From: Asterias rubens
Taxonomy: Eukaryota
DNA: 64,000 bases
Assembly (NCBI RefSeq): GCF_902459465.1
Contig: NC_047082.1
Coordinates: forward strand, 7,006,001 to 7,070,000
Direction: 5' to 3'
Positions within the stretch are counted from its first letter, which is position 1. Every line of letters starts with the position of its first letter. Below are positions 50,720 to 62,324 of the stretch, piece by piece. The position numbers and the translations under genes were made by a program. The notes beneath the pieces were generated by a model, which saw only the letters and a program-made list of their open reading frames with translations, ran no database searches and was not told the origin of the DNA.

Positions 50720-52000
50720 TTAAAATGGGTTGTAGATTTATTGACTCAGAAGGGGTAAGCCTTCTATTTTTGGTTTAAATTGGGTTAAAAATTAATAAAA
50801 TCACATGGGGTAAGCCTAGCATTTTGTTTGAAATGAGTCAAAAATCATTGCAAGGTCTAACTAAGCCGTGCATTTTTGCTTGAAATGGGCCAAACAAATT
50901 TCGAATCATATGGGGTAAGCCTGGCTTGTTTGTTTAAATTGGGTAAAAAATTGCTAACATCATAAGGGGGAAGATTTTCATTTTGGTAAAAAGAATGCTC
51001 ACAAATCATCTAGTATTGCCTTGCATTTTTGTTTGAAAGTAGAATGCACCAACAATTTATCAATTCACAAGCGGTTTAGCCTTTCAGTTTTGTTGGAAAT
51101 GGTCACAATTCAGATAAAGTTGTAAGGTGTATATAATGTAAGCCTTGCATTTTTTTTTGAAATGGGCCAACAATTGATAAAGTCACAAGGGGTAAGCCAG
51201 GCATTTCTGTTGGAAATGGTCACAATTCAGATAAAATTGCAAGGTGTATATTGTAAGCCTTGCATTTTTTTTTTAAATGGGCCAGCAATTGATAAAGTCA
51301 CAAGGGGTAAGCCAGGCACTTTTGTTGGAAATGGTCACAATTCAGATACAATTGCAAGGTGTATAGTGTAAGCCTTGCATTTGTGGTGAAGTCACAATTT
51401 TTGTTGGAAATAGTCACAATTCAGATAAAATTGTAAGGTGTATATTGTAAGCCTTGCATATTTTTTTTTAAATGGGCCAACAATTGATAAAGTCACAGGG
51501 GGTAAGCCAGGCATTTTGTTGGAAACAATTGGTCACAATTCAGATAAAATTGCAAGGTGTATATTGTAAGCCTTGCATTTTTGTTTGAAATGGGCCAACA
51601 ATTAATAAAGTCACAAGGGATAAGCCTTGCATATTTGTCAGAAATCGATTATTGTCAGAAGTTGGCAAAAATTGATAAAATCACAAGATACACTGTAGCC
51701 TAGTTCATTTTAGAGCAAAATTATGCTATGATATAACCCCTTGGGATTTTATCAATTGTGACAAATTTCTGACAAAAATTGAAAGCCTTTACCTTATGAT
51801 CTTCTCAATTATTGGCCCATTTTCAACACAAAATTCAAGGTTTACACCTTGCAATTTACTAAATTGTTTGCAAATTTCTGACAAAAATGCAAGGCTTACC
51901 ATTGTTATTTTGTAAATTTTTAGATAAATTACAAAAATGCAAGGCTGACACTTTTTCCTTTTTGAGCCATTTATAAACGAAAAGTCAAGGCTTTGTGCAT
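50720..52000. repeat. About 115-bp dimeric tandem repeat (about 54 + 60 bp subunits) followed by an inverted segment
   Basis: aatgggcc recurs with a period of 115 (51161, 51276). From about 51760 the same motifs appear reverse-complemented. Confidence 0.85.
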
Positions 52001-52249
52001 TTGTCAATTTTATCAGACATGCAAGGTTTACCCCTTTTCATTTCAATATTTTTTTGTGATTTTGTAATTTTGTGTAGCATTTTTGACAAAAGTGCAAGCC
52101 TTGATCATTTAGGAGCAAATTTTGATAAAACACAAAACTATTTTGTTTTTTGCATTTTAGAGCAAAAATTTATAAAAAACGCAAGGCATTTTAGAGCAAA
52201 CTTTGTTAAAAACAAAAGGCCTAACAATTGTAAAAGACAAGAAAAGACA

Positions 52250-55110
52250 AACCATTTTGCTTAAAAATTGCACAAGGCTATAATTGCAGTTTTTTCAATA
52301 TCTGCTTAAAAATGCCCAAGTCTTTAGTCTTGCAAATATATATAAATTTTTACCTAAACATGCACGAGCCTATAGTTTTGCATTGTTAACAATTTTTGTT
52401 TAAAAATGCACAAGTCTGTAGCCTTGCATATAGTCTTGCAAGGCTATAGTCTTGAAACTTTATCACAAGGCTACAGCATTTCATATTTATAAATTTTTGT
52501 TTAAAAAAGCATACGCCTATAGTCTTGCATTTTTATAGATATTTGCTTAAAAATGCACAAGACTTTAGCCTTGCATTTTTATCAATTTGTTTGCTTAAAA
52601 ATGCACAATGGGTCTTGCGTTTTTATCAAAATTTGCATTGTCTTGCATTTTTGTCAATTTTTGCATTTTTATCAAATTTTGCTTAAAAGTTTCGCATTTT
52701 TATAAATTATTGCTTAAAAAAAAAGCATTAAAAAATGTATTTTTATGAATTTTTGTCATTTTCCGGCAAAAATTGATAAAAATCCAGGGCCTTGTGCATT
52801 TTCAAGCAAAAATTGATAAAAAATGAAAGGCATTGTGCATTTTTAAGCAAAAATTGATAAAAATGCAAGGCTACAGTCTTGCATTTTTATCAATTGTTTT
52901 TCTTAAAAACGCACAAGGCTAATCAATTATTGCTTAGAAATTCACAAGGCTATAGCCGTGCATTTTTGAAATTGTTTTGCTTAAAAATGCATTTTACAAA
53001 TTTTTGCTTAAAAATGCACAAGGCTACAGCCTTCGCATTTTTATCAATTTTTGCTTAAAAATGCACAAGGCTATAGTCTTCATTTTTATCAATTTTTGCT
53101 TAAAAATGCACAAGGCTATAGCCTTGCATTTTTATCAATTTTTTTGCTAAAAATGCACAAGGCTATAGCCTTGCATTTTTATCAATTTTTGCTTAAAAAT
53201 GCACAAGGCTATAGCCTTGCATTTTTATAGATATTTGCTTAAAAATGCACAAGACTTTAGCCTTGCATTTTTATCAATTGTTTTTCTTAAAAATGCACAA
53301 GGCTAATCAATTTTTGCTTAGAAATGCACAAGGCTATAGTATTGTATTTTTATCAATTTTTGCTTAAAAATGCACAAGGCTACAGCCTTCGCATTTTTAT
53401 CAATTTTTGCTTAAAAATGCACATGGCTATAGCCTTGCATTTTTTTTCAATCTTTGGTTAAAAATGCACCAGGCTATAGTCTTCATTTTTATCAATTTTT
53501 GCTTAAAAATGCACAAGGCTTATAGCCTTGCATTTTCATCAATTTTTTTGCTAAAAATGCACAAGGCTATAGCCTTGCATTTTTATCAATTTTTGCTTAA
53601 AAATGCACAAGGCTATAGTCTTGCATTTTTATCAACTTTTGCTTAAAAATGCACAAGGCTATAGCCTTGCATTTTTATAGATATTTGCTTAAAAATGCAC
53701 GATACCTTTAGCCTTGCATTTTTATCAATTATTTTTCTTAAAAACGCACAAGGCTAATCAATTATTGCTTAGAAATTCACAAGGCTATAGCCGTGCATTT
53801 TTGAAATTGTTTTGCTTAAAAATGCACAAGGCTAATCAATTTTTGCTTAGAAATTCACAAGGCTATAGTATTGTATTTTTATCAATTTTTGCTCAAAAAT
53901 GCACAAGGCTACAGCCTTCGCATTTTTATCAATTTTTGCTTAAAAATGCACAAGGCTCAATTTTTGCTTAAAAATGCACAAGGCTATAGCCTTGCATTTT
54001 TTTTCAATCTTTGCTTAAAAATGCACAAGCTATAGTCTTGTATTTTTATCAATTTTTGCTTGAAAATGCACACGGCTACAGCCTTGCATTTTTATCAATT
54101 TTTGCTTAAAAATGCACATGGCTATAGCCTTGCATTTTTTTTCAATCTTTGCTTAAAAATGCACAAGCTATAGTCTTGCATTTTTATAAATTTTTGCTTA
54201 AAAATGCACAAGGCTACAGCCTTGCATTTTTATAAATTTTTGCTTAAAATAGCACCAGGCTATAGTCTTGCATTTTTATCAATTTTTGCTTAAAATAGCA
54301 CAAGGCTATAGTCTTGCATTTTCATCAACTTTGGCTTAAACATGCACCAGGCTATAGTCTTCATTTTTATCAATTTTTGCTTAAAAATGCACAAGGCTTA
54401 TAGCCTTGCATTTTTTATCAATTTTTGCTTGAAAATGCACAATGCTTGAAAATGCACAATGCTATAGCCTTGCATTTTTTTCAATTGTTGCTTAAAAATG
54501 CACAGGGCTATAGCCTTGCATTTTTATCAATCTTTGCTTAAAAATGCACAAGCTATAGTCTTGCATTTTTATAAACTTTTGCTTAAAAATGCCCAAGGCT
54601 ACAGCCTTGCATTTTTATAAATTTTTGCTTAAAAATGCACAAGGCTTATATATAGTCTTGCATTTTTTATCAATTTTTGCTTGAAAATGCACAATGCTTG
54701 AAAATGCACAATGCTTGAAAATGCACAATGCTAAAGCCTTGCATTTTGATCAATTTGTTGCTTAAAAATGCACAAGGCTATAGTCTTGCATTTTTATAAA
54801 CTTTTGCTTAAAAATGCCCAAGGCTACAGCCTTGCATTTTTATCAATTTTTTGCTAAAAATGCACCAGGCTATAGCATTGCATTTTTACGAATGTTTGCT
54901 TAAAAATGCACAAGGCTATAGTCTTCATTTTTATCAATTTTTTCATAAAAATGCACAAGGCTATATATTATAGCCTTGCATTTTTATAAATTTTTTGCTA
55001 AAACTGCACAAGGCTATAGCCTTGCATTTTTATCAATTTTTGCTTTAAAATGGTCTTGCAATTTTATAAATTTTTGCTTAAAAATGTATAAGGCTATAGT
55101 CTTGGTTAAA
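52250..55110. repeat. 46-bp quasi-palindromic satellite, about 50-60 copies
   Basis: Unit gcttaaaaatgcacaaggctatagccttgcatttttatcaattttt (period 46: 53161 and 53207). An inverted patch lies at about 52750-52870, and 17-bp sub-repeats at about 54680-54730. Confidence 0.97.
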
Positions 55111-55999
55111 CATTTCTTGCATTTGTATAAATTGTTGTCTAAAAAGTGCGCAGAAATTGCTAGTCATGTACATTGTATCCATTTTTGCTTAAAAAACTAC
55201 AAAAAATGCTAGCCATGTGCATTATCAATTTTTGGTAACCACAAGCCTTTTGCATTTTTAGGCAAAAATTTATAAGCCTCGCATTTTGGGGCGAAAAAAT
55301 TCCAAAACAATTGATAATAAATTGCATCGTAATTGTCCATGTGTTGCAAACAAGAAGAAAATAACTCAAGAATTTTATGTAAATTTAATCTTTAGTTTAT
55401 TTGTTTCGTTCAAATATTTGGCAATTCAACGAAGAGCAATTCCACGGCAACAGTTTGGGGTAAATTGGCTTATTTTAGGATACAAACAAAAACAAAGTCT
55501 TGATAATTAAAAAAGGGACCAGATGTGAACAGTTTTTGGCCATGTTCCTATTTAGGATTGGAGAGAGTGCAAGAAGTCGAGGGTGGGGTAAGCATTGGAG
55601 TCAGCATAATTAAGAGAGTTCGCCAAGTCTTCAGCTCGTTCACATCTTAACTGTTAGAGCTCTGGTTTTCTTTTTAAGTTAAGATTACTTTTTAGATAAT
55701 TTCTGCAGTTCCAGTTTTACATGGTTTTCATATCAGTTGTGGTGTGGTACATTGAATCTATTCTTCTATTTATTTGACTTCCTGATTGGAAACTGCGACT
55801 GTTTTAATGTCTTTTTATCCAGAAGGCTGAGGGCGTTTCAATAGGTTAACGAAAAGATATGCGGAAATATATGGTTTGATTTACTAAATAGACCCCCTCC
55901 CCCCAAATTGTGTCTTTACCTCCCCCCCCCAAGAAAACAAATGCCTGGCTATGCCACAAGGTGATACACACAATATTACCTAAAATAACCACACAGGTC

Positions 56000-58900
56000 T
56001 CATGACCTGAAATACTTGATAAGTTGTTCATCAGTTGGCTTTAGAATAGTCTTGTCTGTCAGATTAACAATCCAACCAGGTTGAAGGCCAAAAAACACTT
56101 GTCTAGGATCCTTCATCATCTTCAACATTTCTCTCTTCGGATCTGTTGTTAAATCAGGCAGAATGTAGCCGAACTTCTCAGCTAAAGCTGCTTTTGCTAG
56201 TCGAATCTTATCTGGGTCAGCCAAGTATCCACGATTGCTGGAATCGGTATAGAATGGAACAGCATCCTTTGGGGGTAGGGCCCGTTTGGGAATGGGCTTC
56301 CCTCTGTTGAAGAACGCAAGGGGATGGGCCAGAGCATCCAGGCTTTGAAGGTCATAAAATCCCAGATGGATGACTCCACCTCTGCGCTCGATGGCTGCCA
56401 GCGTAAGCTCTGTTGCCCACTGAACCTCAATGTTCACCTGTGCCTTGAAGGTGTCTGCCCCCTAAGGTAAGCAAATGAAAAATAAACAAGGTTTAAAATC
56501 GGTAGACGCTTTAAGTAGCATTTAGCAAACCTTATAAACAAATGTGGAAATTTGTATCTTAGGGTTTGCCTCTTGGGGTTTGCCTCTTGAGGTTTGCCTG
56601 TAGGGGTTTGCCTGTTGGGGTTTGCCTATTGGGGTTTGCCTCTATGGGTTTGCCTCTTGGGGTTTGCCTGTAGGGGTTTGCCTCTTGGGGTTAGCCTGTA
56701 GGGGTTCGCGTCTTGGAGTTTGGCTCTTGGCTCTAGGGGTTTGCCTTGCGGGAATTGCCTTGAGGGGTTTGCCTCATAGGGTTTGGCTCTTGGGGGTTTG
56801 CCTGTAGGGGTTCGAGTTTTGGGGTTTGCCTGTTGGGGTTTGGCTCTTGGGGTTTGCCTTGCGGGGTTTGCCTCATGGGGTTTGCCTGTTGGGGTTTGGC
56901 TCTTGGGGTTTGCCTTCAAGGGTTTGCCTTGCGGGGTTTCCCTCTTGGGGTTTGCCTGTAGGGGTTTGGCTCTGTACTCGAACCAACAGAATGTCTGTTG
57001 TTGTTTGTGACTGCTATGGGAATTTGTGCACTGTACAAATTGATTGTGGCCGCTATTGGCATTTTGGTACAAATTGCTTGTGGCCGCTAGGGGTATTAAT
57101 TTACTTAGGACCACCATGTGCAATGGGTCCCTTGGGTCTGCACACAGGGCTTTTATGTACCAGGGCTGTTGAGGTCTTTTAACATACCTCCTCAGTCAGA
57201 TGAATGCCATATTGTTTCTTGTAAATATCAACATTAAGCTCTCCTGCATTCACAAATGTTGTTACATCTACTGGCTCGTCTGGGTTGATTCTTCCCACAT
57301 CAATCAAATACTGAAGCTTAGAAAGGGACACTGGCAAGTATTCTCTCTTCAAACTGAAAACAAAATAACAAGTTGTTAGCATTTTTCATGCCTACATGAA
57401 TGTGTTTCTGCACATTACTAGGTACACCAACAAAATACCAAACCACAACGAAAAGAGAAAACACTTGATCAACAGAAAAAGTTAAAACTAGAGCAAGACT
57501 AAAAAGGGAGATGAAATTCCCACAGACCTGCAATTTCACGATGGCCAGTGGTGGCCATTAAAATGGCTGTGATGGCCAGGACAATGGGCTTGATGGCCAG
57601 GACTAAATGGGCGTGATGAACAGGACAAATGGCTGTGATACAGGCCAGGACAAATGGGCGTGATGGCTGAGACAAATGGCTGTGATGGTCAGTACAAATT
57701 GGCGTGATTGCCAGGACAAATGGGCGTGATGGCTGTGACAAATGGGCGTGATGGTTGGGACAAATGGCTGTGATGGTCAGTACAAATTGGCGTGATTGCC
57801 AGGACAAATGGGCGTGATGGCCAGTACAAATGGCTGTGATGGCCAGGGCAAATGGGCGTGATGGCTGGGACAAATGGGCGCGATGGCCAATACAAATGGG
57901 CGTGATATGGCTGGGACAAATGGGCGTGATGGTTAGGACAAATGGCTGTGATGGCCAGTACAAATGGCTGTGATGGCCAGTACAAATGGCTGTGATGGCC
58001 AGGACAAATGGGCGTGATGGCCAGTACAAATGGCTGTGATGGCTAGGAATGGGCGTGATGGCTGAGACAAATGGGCGTGATGGTTGGGACAAATGGCTGT
58101 GATGGTCAGTACAAAGTGGCGTGATTGCCAGGACAAATGGGCGTGATATGGCTGGGACAAATGGGCGTGATGGTTGGGACAAATGGGCGTGATGGCCAGT
58201 ACAAATGGCTGTGATGGCTAGGACAAATGGGCGTGATGGCTGAGATAAATGGGCGTGATGGTTGGGACAAATGGCTGTGATGGTCAGTACAAATTGCCGT
58301 GATTGCCAGGACAAATGGGCGTGATGGCCAGGACAAATGGGCATGATGGCCAGGACAAATGGGCGTGATGGCCAGGACAAATGGGCGTGATGGTTGGGAC
58401 AAATGGCTGCGATGGCCAGGACAAATGGCTGCGATGGCCAGGACAAATGGGCAGGATGGCCAGGACAAATGGGCGTGATGGCCAGGACAAATGGGCAGGA
58501 TGGCCAGGATAAATGGGCGTAATGGCCAGGACAAATGTGACTGACGCCCAGGACAAATGGGCGTGATGGCCAAGACAATGACTGTGATGCCCCTTGCAAA
58601 AACACCAATACTACGGCCACTTTTGCTGTGCACTTTTCCCCCATGCCTGTAGTGCTATTGTATGTGTGCAGAACTTTTCACAACCAATTATTTCAAATTG
58701 TGAAACTTAAGTAATAGATTTTGAATCCAGTTCACCGTTAAATTTTCTTTTTGACGACTTTTTAGACAAAATACAAATCTGACAAGGTCCCTAGGCCTGT
58801 CTTTTTCATACATTAAGAGCTAAAAATACCCCATGAATGGGTCTATACAATGTATTTCTTCAACATGCATGATGACATAAGAAAAAAAAATCATTGATTA

Positions 58901-61900
58901 TTTTTTGCTGGGCGATTGGTAACATTTAGTATTCGTGACAGCCATGTAAAACCAATTTTTACCTCAAGTTTTGGTATGGAAAACAGGTACTAGTGAGGGC
59001 AGAGATTGTTGTATACTAGCTGGATGCGTTGCAATGTACATTATTTTTTGCTACAGAAGCTGTATTTATTTCTTTAGGAAGATGAGTTGTTTTTTTAAAG
59101 GCACTGAAAACAGTTGGTAATTGTCGAAAACCAGTATTCTCACTTGGTGTATAGCATTATTATGTTTTATGCATAAAAGAACAAGCCTGTGAAAATTTTC
59201 ACTCAATTGGTCATTGAAGCTGCAAGAAATTGATGAAAGAAAAAAACACCCTTATCATACAACTGTGTGCTTTCAGGGCCAGAAGTCTTTTATTATTTTA
59301 GTGAGAAATTAACTCTTTCTCAAAAACTACGTTACGTCAGGAGGAGTTGTTTCTCACAATGTTTTGTACTATCAACAGCTCTCCGTTGCTGCTACAAAAG
59401 AAGGTTTTATGCTTATAAATATTTTGAGTAATTACCAAACGTGTACAGTGCCTTAAAGGAGTTTATTAAAAAAATGGCAAAGTAACAAGGGTAGCATTGA
59501 GATTAGTAGCTTCTTGGTACATGATTTGAATTATGGAGCTCTGATAAGTGTCCACCCCAGAATTTGACCCATTAAACCTAAGAATACGTACGTTATCTGT
59601 ATTGCAGGATATGCAGCAAGGGGGAAATTTGTACATGTTGGAAAACACACGTACTGTACATTCATGTTTTCAGACTAAGGATCGAGTTTGGGGATATGAC
59701 ACAAGTGGAAGGGGTGTGGGTGGGGGGAACTGTAACCTCAATAAATCAGTACTCACTGATGACTTTTGTAGTAGGGGTACTTAGGTATTCTTAAGTAAAA
59801 TGGCATCTGACCCCCTTCAAATCCAATACGAGGCAGTGTTCCCCTCATGACTTGTCCTCTTTTGCCACGCCCACTTGAGTTTCCTCCATGCTGACCACGC
59901 CCTCGTAGTTTATGCTGGACAACAAACCAACAAAAGAGTAAACATCTTAGATATAAATAGCATTACAGGTACATGTAGGATGGTTAGATTAGCCAAACAA
60001 ATTTTGTTAATACCAACAGGACAATTATAATAGAACTTGCCCAGTCATGAATGCAAAAATTTGCTCATGAATGCAAAAAATTACTCATAATTTACTAAGC
60101 CTAAATGAAAAAAACCAACGTATTTGGACAGCAGAAACTTTTGCTGACGCGGTTAAGGAATGATAGGAATATAAAACCCTGTGATATCTATTATCAATAT
60201 TTTTATTTTGTGACAACGAATAACAGGTTAGCAGGCTACACAGCTGAAGCTTCGCCCTCCCAGGTTTAAATTTCAACTTGGTAAATCTGCCATTATTCAT
60301 TTCGCTCCGGGTTCTGGTAATTTTGTTTGTCCTAATATATTTCCTCCATGGTGTTTTAAGTGAGGGTTATGAATGAATTCATAAGACATTGAGGATCAAA
60401 TTCGTGTTCTAAAAGAATTTGTGTCATGATTTTTGAAAATGATAAAAATCAAGCAAATCTGGTAGTCTCTAGACATGGGTCGAAAATGCGTTGGACTATT
60501 TCACCCCATTGTGTGCACAGAGTCTCATAACCCTTCTGCCGTCTGGAGGAGGGTTAAATTACGCCCATTGTTAATGGCCCTCTTTTAACATCGGTCTCAT
60601 CACAGTCGCCATTACAGCCCACCTTCGATACATGTCTAAAACGCAAGAGTTTTTAAAGGTCACAAAATGCGTGGTACTTTGATTGCAAATTTCTCCCATT
60701 TAGAAAAATGTTACACTACTCCAAAGTACTGAGAAGTAAGGGCGCCCAGCAGATCTTGCAAGTCATGAATATCTATATAAGGTAATGTCACGTGACGCTG
60801 TATGGCTGCGCTGATTTATCAATCTGCGTGCATGTTCACAGTAAATATGAATATATGTATGAGATGAAATTGTGCGATGATGTAGCCGGACACTACGTTT
60901 TTCAAATCAGCGTTGATAGGTGAAAGTTTTACGACCGTTAGCCAGCAATAACTGAAGTTTCTGTTGTACTACACTACCAAAACTTTCCCCACATACTCAA
61001 TATACATCCATAATGCTTGTATATCCATTTTGTTGAGTGAAATTAAAACACATCCTCAAAAAATACAATTTTCTGTTCGGTACTCACTGTTGTTTTTCTG
61101 CCGCATCGCACGTCTTTTACCTTCTCATTATGCAGCCTACTACATGTACATGTAGAGCGACGAACTGCCGAGCCGCGGCTGAGTCGGACTAAACTATTCT
61201 GTGATAGGGGTGTTACAAACCCATGCGGCAGTGCATGGGCGCTTTATGCGTGAACAGCGGGTATTATTGTGAACAAACAGCGCACGCACTACCACATGGG
61301 TTTGTACACCCCTTTCGCAGAATGGTTTAGTCCAACTTGGTCGTGGCTTGGCAGTTCGGCGAGTAGGCTGGTGTACAGCGCTTGGTGGTCGAGTGACCAA
61401 AAGATAAAGCGTTGAGCATATTGAGAAGTCAAAAAACATGCGATGCAGCAGAAAAACAACAGTGATACCAAGCAGCAAAATGTATTTTTTGACGATGTTT
61501 TTTAATTTCACTCAACAAAAAGGAAATACAAGCATTATGGATGTATATTGAGTATGTGGGTAAAGTTTTGGTAGTGTAGTACAAAATAAACTTTAGTTAT
61601 TGCTGGCTAACGGTCGTAAAACTTTCACCTATCAACGCTGATTTGAAAAACGTATAGCGTTAAAGAGGCCCAAAATACTAGACCCCTCCTATAAGGCTCA
61701 CAGGGGAGCCTTATTTAGTTTCTAGAAGTAGATATTCATGTCATGACCTGCAAGATCTGCCAAGCTCCCCGACTTCTTACGATCAACAGACGGAAAATAT
61801 TTACAGATGGCGGCACCAATGAAAGAGTTACATTCAATGTAATTTTTGTACATGTTTTTTTTTTCAAGTTTCAAAATCAAAATTAAATCATCAAATTCAA

Positions 61901-62321
61901 ACACACTAACTTGTACAGGACACAGCTGGACAAAGTCATCATTTGGTAAGCCCTGGGATCCAAGCCCTGTCATGTGTCATATTAATTTCACAAATGTACG
62001 GAATAAAATAAGGTACTCTAAATGGGAGAAATTTGCCGTCAAAGTACCACGCATTTTGTCTACTTATTATTTTCACGAAATTGATGCAACAGTAAACAAC
62101 AAGGCTCGTTTAATTTTTAATCCGCCGTGCAGTGTGTAATAACGTCTAACGACACAGCAATTAACAATCTGTTTAAAACATTGTTACATACTAACTTGTC
62201 ATATATCTACCTTAGTTCGAGCTCCAGGGTTGTCTTTGATGTTATTAAGTGCAACCCTTGGCAGATTTCTTATCATTTCCAACGCACGCTGTACACCCGA
62301 GCTTCCCATGGTCGCCGCCAT
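56000..62321 (-). CDS. MRPL15: Mitochondrial ribosomal protein L15 (uL15m), 298 aa, 4 exons
   Basis: Exons 62211-62321, 59757-59914, 57188-57353 and 56000-56461; 897 nt in frame. Motifs [21 protein letters not shown]...[48 protein letters not shown]. Confidence 0.96.
56562..56970. repeat. 14-bp G-rich minisatellite (GGGGTTTGCCTCTT variants) in MRPL15 intron 3
   Basis: About 28 tandem units with G4 runs on the + strand. Confidence 0.95.
57540..58590. repeat. 22-bp minisatellite (GATGGCCAGGACAAATGGGCGT variants) in MRPL15 intron 2
   Basis: About 48 units; it gives 22-aa periodic ORFs in all three minus-strand frames. Confidence 0.96.
59099..59452. mobile_element. Kolobok-like MITE (family A variant) in MRPL15 intron 2
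   Basis: AGGCACTG...CAGTGCC termini with TTAA flanks. Confidence 0.8.
60896..61652. mobile_element. TA-flanked MITE with about 240-bp TIRs (Tc1/mariner-like) in MRPL15 intron 1
   Basis: 60896-61135 is the reverse complement of about 61410-61652 with scattered mismatches; TA at 60894-60895 and 61653-61654. Confidence 0.88.
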
Positions 62322-62324
62322 CTT
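62311..62324 (-). promoter_or_regulatory. YY1-type motif AAGATGGCGGCG overlapping the MRPL15 start codon
   Basis: Matches the YY1 consensus, which is common at translation starts of mitochondrial and ribosomal protein genes. Confidence 0.55.

Noticed and set aside
52250-55110. CRISPR-like appearance of the palindromic 46-bp repeats
   Set aside because: The units are head-to-tail without unique spacers, there are no cas genes, and the context is eukaryotic.
56626-57123. 165-aa ORF and overlapping ORFs with ANP..TP.GKP repeats
   Set aside because: By-products of the 14-bp minisatellite.
57499-58644. 381-aa His/Pro-rich ORF on the MRPL15 sense strand
   Set aside because: It is the translation of a 22-bp minisatellite that lacks stops in all three minus frames. 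It lies inside an intron of a complete gene model.
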